Positions 37,710 through 46,065 of a DNA stretch of 64,000 nucleotides are shown here, in pieces. The translations under genes were made by a program, and so were the position numbers. Location of the stretch: assembly GCA_965215505.1 (NCBI GenBank), contig OZ244065.1:800001-864000 (forward strand), in the 5' to 3' direction. The notes beneath the pieces are model-generated. The model searched no databases. It was not told the DNA's origin and worked only from the letters and a program-made list of their open reading frames with translations. Each line of letters starts with the position of its first letter. Positions within the stretch are counted from its first letter, which is position 1. The DNA is from Capsulimonadaceae bacterium (GTDB lineage: Bacteria > Armatimonadota > Armatimonadia > Armatimonadales > Capsulimonadaceae).

Positions 37710-37849
37710 TGGTGTAGTCCTCTCTTGCGTATGGGAACGGTCAGACGCGGCACGACTACGGCGTCGGCAAGAGCCTCGGCAATGAGGGTATAGCGGGACT
37801 CGGCATCGAGGAAGAGCGGCGGCAGAGACAGCAGCATCTCTGCTGCTGT

Positions 37850-37878
37850 AGATTAACACAAAGTAGATGGTTTGTCAA
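37850..37878 (-). promoter_or_regulatory. sigma70-type promoter for the APC permease operon
   Basis: TTGACA-N17-TAATCT with extended TG; implies a 5' leader of about 135 nt. Confidence 0.75.
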
Positions 37879-37927
37879 GGGAGCGGGAAAGAAAAGAAAG
37901 CATAAGACCATGACGAGAAAGCAGAAA

Positions 37928-37982
37928 GGGCAGGGAAACCCTGCCCCTACACGGTTTGCGTAGGGGCGGGGTTCCCCCGCCC
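37928..37982. repeat. Inverted GTAG-type REP doublet downstream of pafA
   Basis: GGGCAGGGAAACCCTGCCCCTAC-N9-GTAGGGGCGGGGTTCCCCCGCCC. Confidence 0.75.
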
Positions 37983-38022
37983 TCTTGTGCTCTTCTCCTC
38001 GTGCCGCTCTCCCCCGCCGTCC

Positions 38023-39501
38023 CTACAGCCCGGCGGCGAACGCCGTCGCCTCGTCCTTGTAGGTGTTGAACGGGTTCTTCAGCTCCAGGTGCAGGCGTTT
38101 GTTAATGTAGATCAAGTCCCAGTCAATGACGTAGTCGCGCGAGTTATTCGCCAGTAGCTTGTCAATGACCACGCCGCGCCCTTTGGCCCGCGTGTTCGTC
38201 GGCGGGGTCATGGTGGCTTCAAAGATGCGCCGGTCGGTGGTCGCCCGCTCGATCTGCCCGGCCTGCTCCAGCCCGTAGTACAGGCTGGTTTCGGGGTTGA
38301 CGTTGTGGTATTCCAGGTCCAGCGAGTGCAGGATGTCGTCGCCCCACTTCACGGCCCCGTTCTCGGACTCCATGAAGTCCTCCATCATCTTGCGCTTGGC
38401 GACCCAGTCAAGCTTGTCGGCCAGGAGGTACGGGTCCTTCTCCAGAGCATCCAGGCACTTCTCCCATTCGCCCAGGACGTAGTCAGTCTGCTGGTCGCGG
38501 CCCGTGTACCGTTCCTGGGCGGCTTTCAGGTACAGCCGCTGCAAGTCAACGGCCTTGATGCTGTCGCCGCCCTTGCGCCGGACCATCCACTTCCAGGTCT
38601 GGTCGCGCGAGACGCTCTTGAGGGCTTCCAAAGGGTCGCGCAGCTCCACGTCTTGCAGCAAGACTCCATCTTCAATGAGGTCAAGAACGATGCTGGTCGT
38701 GCCGATCTTCATCAGGGTGGCGTACTCGCTCATGTTGCACTCGCCGAACAGGATGTGCAGCCGGTGCAGGTTGGAGTAGTTGTAGTACGAGTCCCACTTG
38801 GGGTTGATGATGGCCCGGTTGAAGCGGACGCGCGAGCTAATCGTCTTGACGATGTGGTCCGCGCGCTGCGAGAGCTGGAACTCGACCGTCGGGTCCACCT
38901 CGACGCCGTAGAAGTTGCCGACCCACTGGTAATCCACCTCGTAGTCCGAGATGGTCATGATGTTGTTCTTCAGGCTCTTGTAATTGAGCCGGTGCCCACC
39001 GACGCGCCCCACGCCCGCGAAGATCTGGCGGGTGACGAGAAACGGCAGCAGGTAGGAAAGCGCTTCCAGGAAAAAGCGGTCATCAATGGCGACCAGGAAG
39101 TTTTCGTGGCAGCCGAACGTATGCCCGCCGAAGTGGTCCACAGAGTTCGAGTGGAACGAGACCTTGTCCTGCAAGTCCAGCTCGCGCAGGAGCCTTTGCA
39201 GGATGACGCGCCCGGCCTTGTCGTAGGCGACGGCGTCGGCGAAGTCGGTGCATTCGGGCGTCGCGTACTCCATGTGCGAGCCGACGGCGTCAATGTAGAG
39301 CCGCCCGCCCGACCGCAGGAAGCCGCCGCAGCGCGCCGGCTCGAAGGCGTAGTCGCGCGCGTGCAGATCAATCAGGCCCAGCTTGTCCTTGTAAAAGGCG
39401 TGGTCCTTGACCTGCTCGACGACCATCTCCGCCGTGCCGACCGAGTCGTCGCTGACGAGGCAGCCGAACTCGGTCTCGATCCCAAAAATCCGCTTGTCCA
39501 T
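38023..39501 (-). CDS. pafA: PafA-like UBact/Pup-protein ligase
   Basis: RIFGIETEFG, GGRLYID..HMEYATPEC, GCHENF, SQRADH, RLHILFGE, LDLEYH; lacks the Dop loop. Confidence 0.9.
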   Translation of the reverse strand: MDKRIFGIETEFGCLVSDDSVGTAEMVVEQVKDHAFYKDKLGLIDLHARDYAFEPARCGGFLRSGGRLYIDAVGSHMEYATPECTDFADAVAYDKAGRVILQRLLRELDLQDKVSFHSNSVDHFGGHTFGCHENFLVAIDDRFFLEALSYLLPFLVTRQIFAGVGRVGGHRLNYKSLKNNIMTISDYEVDYQWVGNFYGVEVDPTVEFQLSQRADHIVKTISSRVRFNRAIINPKWDSYYNYSNLHRLHILFGECNMSEYATLMKIGTTSIVLDLIEDGVLLQDVELRDPLEALKSVSRDQTWKWMVRRKGGDSIKAVDLQRLYLKAAQERYTGRDQQTDYVLGEWEKCLDALEKDPYLLADKLDWVAKRKMMEDFMESENGAVKWGDDILHSLDLEYHNVNPETSLYYGLEQAGQIERATTDRRIFEATMTPPTNTRAKGRGVVIDKLLANNSRDYVIDWDLIYINKRLHLELKNPFNTYKDEATAFAAGL

Positions 39502-39526
39502 GGACGCTCTTTCCCCAACCCGTGCC

Positions 39527-40315
39527 CTATTTGTAGCGGGCGATCGTTTCCGTCAGCTCGCCCTCCGACAGCAGCCGGAAGCGGCTCTCCCGGTTCGTGT
39601 CGCGCTCCAGGATGCCGGCCTCAACGGTCCAGCCCTTGCCCAGATGCTCCGTGATGAACGACGAGACATCCTGCTGGCCCTCGCCGTCGGTCGAATAGTC
39701 CGCGTCAGCGCGGTCCTCGGACTCCAGGTGCTTCATGCCGACACCCCAGGCGTACAGGGCGGCGCGCAGGGCGGCGTCCAGGCTCAACGGCCCGCTCTCG
39801 GTCTCGGTCTTCAGGTGCTCGCGCATCCGGTCCTCGGCGTAGGCCGTCCCGGCGACCACGGCCATGCCGGGCGTGGACGAGAACTCGCCGTCATACGACA
39901 GCGTCATCAGCAGGTCGCGGTCCTGAGTCTTGCCGAGTTCCGCGAAGATACCCTTAACGACGATCGGCTGCGCGAACGGGTCCCCGTAGATGCGCTTGAT
40001 GGCCGGGGAGAGCTGGAAGGAGACCAGCCGCTGCACACTGACGTCATCGGGCGAACGGTTGAAGCCCTCCTGATGGGCGGCATCGATCGCGCCGCGCCGG
40101 ATCTGCTCCACGTCGCTCTGGTTGCCGATGGCGCTGAACATCAGCTTGTCATAGACCTCGTAGACCTTGCGCTGCGTCTGCCGCGCCGACAGCAGCATCA
40201 GGCCGCCGCCATAGGTCATGGCGACGACGGGGCTGCCGTCCTTGAGGCGGTCTTCAATGTATTCGTTGCGCTGCTGGATACTCTCGTTCCAGTCGTAGGG
40301 GCTGTAGGAAGGCAA
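39527..40315 (-). CDS. prcA: 20S proteasome alpha subunit
   Basis: Ntn-fold alpha-type (GSPVVAM, KVYEVYD..AIGNQSD, EAGILER); TTG start with GGAG RBS; follows prcB. Confidence 0.88.
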   Translation of the reverse strand: MPSYSPYDWNESIQQRNEYIEDRLKDGSPVVAMTYGGGLMLLSARQTQRKVYEVYDKLMFSAIGNQSDVEQIRRGAIDAAHQEGFNRSPDDVSVQRLVSFQLSPAIKRIYGDPFAQPIVVKGIFAELGKTQDRDLLMTLSYDGEFSSTPGMAVVAGTAYAEDRMREHLKTETESGPLSLDAALRAALYAWGVGMKHLESEDRADADYSTDGEGQQDVSSFITEHLGKGWTVEAGILERDTNRESRFRLLSEGELTETIARYK

Positions 40316-40350
40316 AGGGTTACTCCGGTGTCAGGCCGGCCAGGTCAGGA

Positions 40351-40412
40351 GGGCGAACACAAGGTTCGCCCCAACGGGACCGGCGGCGTAGGGGCGAACC
40401 TTGTGTTCGCCC
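40351..40412. repeat. Inverted GTAG-type REP doublet between prcB and prcA
   Basis: GGGCGAACACAAGGTTCGCCCC...GTAGGGGCGAACCTTGTGTTCGCCC. Confidence 0.8.
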
Positions 40413-40442
40413 TTCTTATGTTTTCAGGTCTGGACCGTCTCG

Positions 40443-41225
40443 CTATGAGCGGCCGAGCGCGGCCTTGATCTCACTCTCGGTGAAGTCGCGGATGCCCTCG
40501 GCGGTGATGTACTTGGCGGCGGGCAGGAACTTCGCCGAGCCGCCCGTGGCCGTGTCTAGATCGGCGGCGATGTCGAGGAGGGTCAGCGTCTCGCGCAGGG
40601 CGGTCTCGCGATCCATGTCGCGGAAGGGGCCTTTCGTCTTCAGGATGTACTCGAAGGCACCCTTGATCGGGGCCGAGCCGCTGCCCGCCGCGCCGTATTC
40701 GGCGGTCTCGAACTGGCCGCCCAGTACGTCATAGAAGTAGATGCGGCCCTGAGTTGTCTCCCGGTCGAACGTGGACAGGATGGGGATGAAGGCGCCAATG
40801 CCTTGCAGAGCCGCCGGGACGTTATTGGCGATGACGCGCTGAAGTTCCATCAGCTTGCCCTCCTGGGACATAGGCTGGAGCTGGGAGCGCTCGAAATACT
40901 TGAAGGCGTGGCGCAGGTAGCGGACGACTTCCACGCTCTTGGCGAACGAGCCTGAGATCGAGATCAGGGTGTAGTCGTCCAGGGCGAGTACCTTCTCGGC
41001 CTGGTCGTACATGACGGTGTAGCCCGCCGTCGCGCGCCGGTCGGCGACGTTGATCAGGCCGTCCTTGTACTTGACGGCGATGACCGTGGTGCCGTGCGTG
41101 TCCACGTCCCGCGCGCCGGGCACGTTGGGGACGGGGGTCGGCATGGGAAGGCGGTCATTGCCCAAAACTTTGTCGGCGAACAGGTCGGAAAAACCGCCCA
41201 CGCCCTCGGGTGAAAAACGCAGCAT
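40443..41225 (-). CDS. prcB: 20S proteasome beta subunit
   Basis: Propeptide followed by HG|TTVIAV (catalytic Thr1), ADRRAT, GSGS, DTATGG. Confidence 0.92.
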   Translation of the reverse strand: MLRFSPEGVGGFSDLFADKVLGNDRLPMPTPVPNVPGARDVDTHGTTVIAVKYKDGLINVADRRATAGYTVMYDQAEKVLALDDYTLISISGSFAKSVEVVRYLRHAFKYFERSQLQPMSQEGKLMELQRVIANNVPAALQGIGAFIPILSTFDRETTQGRIYFYDVLGGQFETAEYGAAGSGSAPIKGAFEYILKTKGPFRDMDRETALRETLTLLDIAADLDTATGGSAKFLPAAKYITAEGIRDFTESEIKAALGRS

Positions 41226-41290
41226 AGGGTGTCAACTTCTGGTAACGTAAGTCATAGGAACGGGAAGAAAGAACGGGCAAGAAGAAAGAA

Positions 41291-41315
41291 GGGCGAACAC
41301 AAGGTTCGCCCCTAC
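41291..41315. repeat. Single GTAG-type REP unit between ubact and prcB
   Basis: GGGCGAACACAAGGTTCGCCCCTAC is the exact reverse complement of 40388-40412. Confidence 0.8.
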
Positions 41316-41328
41316 AGTCATCGCGGCC

Positions 41329-41517
41329 TTACTGGCCGCTGCGCTGGCGGTAGCGGCGGGCCTGGTCGGGGTCCACGCGCTTCATGCGCTTGAGCAGGTC
41401 GGAGCGGTCGGGCCGCTGGACGTCGGGCTTGCTGGGGCCGGTCTCGTCGCCCTCCTTGCGGAGCGGGTCGGCGGGGCCGGCGGGCCGCGTGGCGCGGTCT
41501 TCATCGGTCATGGGCAT
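41329..41517 (-). CDS. ubact: Ubiquitin-like protein UBact
   Basis: 62 aa, disordered-looking, LLKRMKRVDPDQARRYRQRSGQ with R[S/T]G[E/Q] C-terminus; lies between dop and prcB; GGAGG RBS. Confidence 0.9.
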   Translation of the reverse strand: MPMTDEDRATRPAGPADPLRKEGDETGPSKPDVQRPDRSDLLKRMKRVDPDQARRYRQRSGQ

Positions 41518-41595
41518 TCGTTCGTTCCTCCCTCGGTATTGTTTTGATGGCAAGGCTGGATTCGACGGCGCGGGCCGGGAATCCTCTAGGAAACG

Positions 41596-43095
41596 CTATT
41601 TGCCGCGTTCGCGGAAACGGCGTATTAAATCTTCCAGAGTGTCGGCGGCCCGGAGGTCGGTCATGGCCTGCGCCACCGCTTCGGGCGTCAGATAGTCGTC
41701 CAGGTCAACCATCCACGATTCCTGTTCGGTCCGCAGGACGACCTTGTTCCAGCCAACGACGCCGATGGCGTCGGCGAACCTCTCCACGAGGTAGCCGCGC
41801 ATGGCGGCGCGGGTGGTGTCGGGCGGCCGGGTCATGGCGGCCTCGACCGTGCCGTCATCGGTCAGGCGGACCATCTCGCCGGCCTGCTCCAGGGCGTAGT
41901 ACAGGCCCTCGTCGGGGTCCACATTGCTGTAGGCTAGGTCGAACGACTGCACCGTCTCGTCGTCCCAGCCGATGCCCTCGGACTCGACATAATCGGCCAG
42001 CAGGCCGCGCTTGGCGACCCAGTCCAGCCGGTCCCCGAGCGAGAGAGGGTCGGACTCGAGGCCGTCCAGCGTTCTTTCCCACTCGCGCAGGGTCCAGTCG
42101 GTGTCCGCCCCGCGCCCCGCCAGCTTGTCCTTGGCGGCAGCCAGGAAGACGCGCTGGATGTCTACGGCCCCCATCGTGCCCGTCTCGGCCTCGACCAGCC
42201 ACTTGTAGGTCTGATCCCGTGCGATGGACTTGATCGCCTCGGTCGGCTTCTTCAAGCGTACCCAGGGCTGCCAGCCCTGCTCCAGAAGCGAGGTGACCAG
42301 ATAGGTCGTCCCGATCTTCAGGGCCGTCGCGTACTCGGACATGTTGGCGTCGCCGCAGATGACATGCAATCGCCGCCAGTCGCGCGGGTCCGTGTGCGGC
42401 TCGTCGCGCGTGTTCACCAGCGGGCGGCGGTGCAGGGTATCCACGGACGCCTCTTCCGTGAAGAAGTCGGCGCGCTGCGAGAGCTGGTACAGGCCCATGT
42501 CGCCGCGTGGCTCGATCCCCAGCTTGCCCGCGCCGGCGTAGATGATCCGGGTCGCGAAGAACGGCAGCAGGCCGGACAATAACTGCGCGAACGGCGTTTC
42601 ACGCGGGATCAGATAGTTCTCGTGGGTGCCGTAGGACGACCCGTGAAAGTCGGTGTTGTTCTTGAAGATGTGAACGCGACTCGCGTCCGGCTGCTCCGCC
42701 CGCGCCCGCGCGGCGGCCAGCACGACCCGCTCCCCGGCCTTGTCGTGGGCGACCAGGTCAAACAGCGTCGCGCACTCGGGCGTCGCGTACTCCGGGTGCC
42801 CGTGGTCGTTGTAGAACCGCGCCCCGTTCACCAGCACCCGGTCAGCGCGCTCCTCTTCCACGGGCAGCGGCTTGTAGTCCGGCGCGTCCAGCTTGGCGTC
42901 TTCGGGGTCGAAGTTCAGCCGGTCCACATGAAAGCCGCGCATGTCATTGCGCGGGTCCTCGCCCTTGTAGTACCAGGGGCAGGCGATCTTGCCCGCGTAG
43001 GCCCGGACCACGGCGCGGGACTCGACAAGCAGATCGCCCGCGCCCTTGCCGTCCACGGCGATGCCATATTCTGTTTCGGTGCCAAATAGCGGCAA
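41596..43095 (-). CDS. dop: Dop-like deamidase/depupylase
   Basis: FGTETEYG, Dop-loop-like WYYKGEDPRNDMRGF, NGARFYNDHGHPEY, NTRDEPH, RRLHVICGDAN; TTG start with AGGAG RBS. Confidence 0.9.
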   Translation of the reverse strand: MPLFGTETEYGIAVDGKGAGDLLVESRAVVRAYAGKIACPWYYKGEDPRNDMRGFHVDRLNFDPEDAKLDAPDYKPLPVEEERADRVLVNGARFYNDHGHPEYATPECATLFDLVAHDKAGERVVLAAARARAEQPDASRVHIFKNNTDFHGSSYGTHENYLIPRETPFAQLLSGLLPFFATRIIYAGAGKLGIEPRGDMGLYQLSQRADFFTEEASVDTLHRRPLVNTRDEPHTDPRDWRRLHVICGDANMSEYATALKIGTTYLVTSLLEQGWQPWVRLKKPTEAIKSIARDQTYKWLVEAETGTMGAVDIQRVFLAAAKDKLAGRGADTDWTLREWERTLDGLESDPLSLGDRLDWVAKRGLLADYVESEGIGWDDETVQSFDLAYSNVDPDEGLYYALEQAGEMVRLTDDGTVEAAMTRPPDTTRAAMRGYLVERFADAIGVVGWNKVVLRTEQESWMVDLDDYLTPEAVAQAMTDLRAADTLEDLIRRFRERGK

Positions 43096-43114
43096 AAAGA
43101 TGTCTCCTGAGAAG

Positions 43115-43140
43115 GCCCCGCCGCCCGTGGGCGGCGGGGC
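43115..43140. other. Perfect GC hairpin between arc and dop
   Basis: GCCCCGCCGCCC-GT-GGGCGGCGGGGC; weak U-tract, so possibly an mRNA-stabilising or attenuating stem. Confidence 0.6.
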
Positions 43141-43149
43141 GAGGCCAGC

Positions 43150-44895
43150 CTAAATCACGTTCCGGCGCGTCGTCTGCGTCCCCTTCTTGGGGGAAATGGG
43201 GTTCAGGCGCACGACGTTGTCCGGCTCATAGTCCAGGAGCTTGAGCCAGTCCTCAATGTTGTCGGTCTTTGGGAAGATCTCGTTTTCCTTGAACTCGGTG
43301 CGGACGGCCCGCTCCATGTCGTCCATCGAGACGCCTTCCTTGGTGCTCTTGACGTCAATGGACCGCTTGATGGCGAAGTCCTTGGCCCGCTCGACGACGG
43401 AGGTCAGCAGAGCGCCCGAGACAAGGTCCTTCCAGTAAAGCGTGTCTACGGAACCGTTCTTGAGGTAGACCTCCAGGAACTCCGTCTCGTGGGTCTTGGA
43501 CCAGATCAGCTCGGTCGTCTTGTCTATCAGGAGCCGACGCGCGCCCTCAACCCCGCCCTGTTCGTCCACCGTCTTGTAGTCGAACGGCAGATCGGCATGG
43601 AGGTAGATGCCCAGGATGTCGTTCGTACTCTTCTTGTCCGGACGGACGACCTTCACCTTGCGGTCAATGCGCTCCGGGCGGAGGATCGCCGGGTCAATGT
43701 AGTCCGGGCGGTTCGAGGTCAGCATGACCACGACGTTCTCCAGCGACACCAGGCCATCCATCTCGGCGCAGAACTGCGGCACGACCGTGTTGGAGATGTT
43801 CGTGAACCGGCCCGAGGACCGCGTCCGCAGGATGCTCTCGGCCTCGTCAATGAAGATGAAGACCAGGTAGCCTTCTTTGGCTTTCTCGCGGGCCGTGGTG
43901 AAGATCTCGCGCACCTGACGCTCGGACTCGCCGAGCCACATGTTCAGGATCTTCGGGCCGTTGATGTACATAAAGTACTCTTTGACGTCCCGCTTGGTCC
44001 GCGCCTTGTACTCCTGCGTGATGTTGTAGGCGGTCGCCTTGCCGATGAGCGTCTTGCCGCAGCCGGGAGGGCCATACAGCAGGATGCCCTTCAGCGGGCG
44101 CTTGCCGAACCGCTCGTACAGCTCGGGGTAAAGCAGGGGCAGCTCGATGGCGTCCTTGATGACGCCGATGGCCTCCTGCTGGCCACCGATCTTGTCCCAG
44201 GGGATCTCGGTGACTTTGTCCAGGAAGAAGTCCTGGTTCTCCTTGGTGGCGAAGGCTTCCAGGGCGACCCGGAAGTTCGGCTCCATGCGAACCTCCGTGC
44301 CCGCCTTGATGACCGAGTCCGTCAGGCCCGCGCCGCGCATGACGACGCGCGTGTTCTGGCCCTGCTGGTCGCCGCCGATGCGGAGGCGTCCGTCTTCCAA
44401 TGCCTCGCTGACCTTGACGACCTGGCCGTTCTGGGCCGGGCCGAGGTCGCCGACGACGGCGTAAGCCTCGTTGACCTTGACGCGCGTCCCCGCCATGAGC
44501 GTGTCCAGCTCGACGTTCGGGTCAACATTGGTGTAGAAGTCGTTATCGCCCATTGCGATGTTGGCCGTCCCGTCCTCGTTGGCGGATAGGAAAACGGCCA
44601 CACGGTTGGCGGGCGCAGTCAGCTTGTTGTAAGCCTCGTCGTACTTCGCGATCAGCTCCTGCGCCTCAGCGGACTGCTGCTCGTCCACCTCGAGCTGGTG
44701 CCGGAGCAGCAGGAGGTACTGGTAGTTCGGGTCAATCGGGTCGGTGCTTTTCAGGATCTCGTCCAGCACGAAGATCGCCCGGACCGCCGTCTCCTGGTTG
44801 CGGGGGATGCTTCCCCCGCCGCTGCCGCCGTTATTGCTTTCGCGACGATTGCCGCCGCGCTTGGTGTCGTTACGTTCGTTGCGCTCGCTCGCCAT
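43150..44895 (-). CDS. arc: Proteasomal AAA+ ATPase (ARC/Mpa-like)
   Basis: N-terminal coiled coil, OB-fold-like segments, Walker A GPPGCGKT, Walker B FIDEAES, SRH SNRPDYIDPAILRPERID; GAGAGG RBS before ATG 44895. Confidence 0.92.
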   Translation of the reverse strand: MASERNERNDTKRGGNRRESNNGGSGGGSIPRNQETAVRAIFVLDEILKSTDPIDPNYQYLLLLRHQLEVDEQQSAEAQELIAKYDEAYNKLTAPANRVAVFLSANEDGTANIAMGDNDFYTNVDPNVELDTLMAGTRVKVNEAYAVVGDLGPAQNGQVVKVSEALEDGRLRIGGDQQGQNTRVVMRGAGLTDSVIKAGTEVRMEPNFRVALEAFATKENQDFFLDKVTEIPWDKIGGQQEAIGVIKDAIELPLLYPELYERFGKRPLKGILLYGPPGCGKTLIGKATAYNITQEYKARTKRDVKEYFMYINGPKILNMWLGESERQVREIFTTAREKAKEGYLVFIFIDEAESILRTRSSGRFTNISNTVVPQFCAEMDGLVSLENVVVMLTSNRPDYIDPAILRPERIDRKVKVVRPDKKSTNDILGIYLHADLPFDYKTVDEQGGVEGARRLLIDKTTELIWSKTHETEFLEVYLKNGSVDTLYWKDLVSGALLTSVVERAKDFAIKRSIDVKSTKEGVSMDDMERAVRTEFKENEIFPKTDNIEDWLKLLDYEPDNVVRLNPISPKKGTQTTRRNVI

Positions 44896-45703
44896 GCGTT
44901 CTTTCCTCTCGTCTTTCGCTCGCTTCTTCCCCATAAACCAAATCGTCTTTCGCTTCTGTGTTGTACCCAATTCGCCGCGCTTTGGTCGGGGCCTTGGCCG
45001 GGAGGGGCATTTTCCAGTCGCCGGTCAGCAGTTCGACCATGCGCTCGGTGTTTCCCTTTTCGAATGCGTCCACCCACTGCGCCACCGTCTCCTGCGCGTC
45101 CGGGTCGGAGGCGGCCAGGTCGCGCACGTCGGCGGGGTCGCCGCCGGAGGGGTGACGGGCCAAGGTCTGCCGGGCACGAGCCAGGGCGTTCTTGACGGCG
45201 GGCACCGTCGTCTCCAGGATGCGGGCCGTCTCCTCGGCGCTCCACCCGAGCACGTCCCGCAGGACCAGGGCGGCCCGCTGCCGGGGCGGGAGGCTCTGCA
45301 CCAGGGCGACAAACCCCAGGCGGACGTTCTCGCGCCCCTGCCCTGCCTGGGCGGCGTCGGGGGCCTGGTCACGCAGGCCGGTTTCGCCGACCTCGTCGAG
45401 CGACTGCCAGACGGGCGGGCGGCGCTGGACGTGGTTCAGGCACAGGTTGTGCGCGATCCGGTAGAGCCAGGCCCGCAGACTGGCCCGTCCTTCAAACGAG
45501 TCCAGGGAGCGGAAGGCGCGCAGGAAGGCCTCCTGCACCATGTCCTCGGCCTCGGTCGGCGTCCCGGTCAGCCGGTAACAGTACGCGATCAGCTCGCGCC
45601 GGTACGGCTCGGTCAGCTTGCCGAAGGCCTTGCGGTCGCCCCGCCGGGCGCGTTGGAGTGCCGCCGAGGCGGCATGAACAGGCGGATCGGTAATCGTGGC
45701 CAC
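44870..45703 (-). CDS. ECF sigma factor (SigG/ECF41-ECF56-like) with truncated SnoaL-like C-terminal domain
   Basis: EAEDMVQEAFLRA, FEGRASLRAWLYRIA, LPPRQRAALVLRDVLGWSAEETA; SnoaL-like start VAQWVDAFEKGNTERMVELLT followed by unrelated-looking sequence. Confidence 0.8.
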   Translation of the reverse strand: MATITDPPVHAASAALQRARRGDRKAFGKLTEPYRRELIAYCYRLTGTPTEAEDMVQEAFLRAFRSLDSFEGRASLRAWLYRIAHNLCLNHVQRRPPVWQSLDEVGETGLRDQAPDAAQAGQGRENVRLGFVALVQSLPPRQRAALVLRDVLGWSAEETARILETTVPAVKNALARARQTLARHPSGGDPADVRDLAASDPDAQETVAQWVDAFEKGNTERMVELLTGDWKMPLPAKAPTKARRIGYNTEAKDDLVYGEEASERREERTHGERAQRT

Positions 45704-45845
45704 GAAACAGTCTCCTGCCTAAACGGAAAAGGGTAGTTACAAGACGCCCTCAGCCTCGGGTTAAGTTCCCGCTGCTGATGTGACACGGCGGGGATAAGAA
45801 AAGAACCGGTGCCGGAAAATTATTTTCCTGACTGATGTTGCGCGC

Positions 45846-46017
45846 CGATCGAGGCAGGCGAGGACGAGTGATTAAAATCACTCGCTCCGGTCGGATTTGT
45901 CCAAGGGACAAGTTGATAGCATGAGACGGTCCTTCTTCTGTCCTCGGCTCTTCTGTCCCCTGGACAGGTCCCCCTCAGCGAGTGATTTCAATCACTCGTC
46001 CTCGCCTGCCTCGATCG
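45846..46017. repeat. 172-bp palindromic element with 41-bp inverted arms (REPIN/MITE-like)
   Basis: 45846-45886 and 45977-46017 are reverse complements with 1 mismatch; each arm contains its own hairpin CGAGTGATT-N2-AATCACTCG. Confidence 0.85.
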
Positions 46018-46065
46018 CCCTACTCAGTGTCGTGGCGAACCCCGCGTATAGCGTCTTTCCCGCCG

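Noticed and set aside
40351-41315. Repeated 22-25-bp palindromes as a possible CRISPR array
   Set aside because: Copies are inverted or dispersed, not regularly spaced direct repeats, and there are no cas genes; they fit REP elements
41329-41517. Calling the small modifier Pup
   Set aside because: The C-terminus is RSGQ and the sequence fits UBact, not Pup (GG[E/Q])
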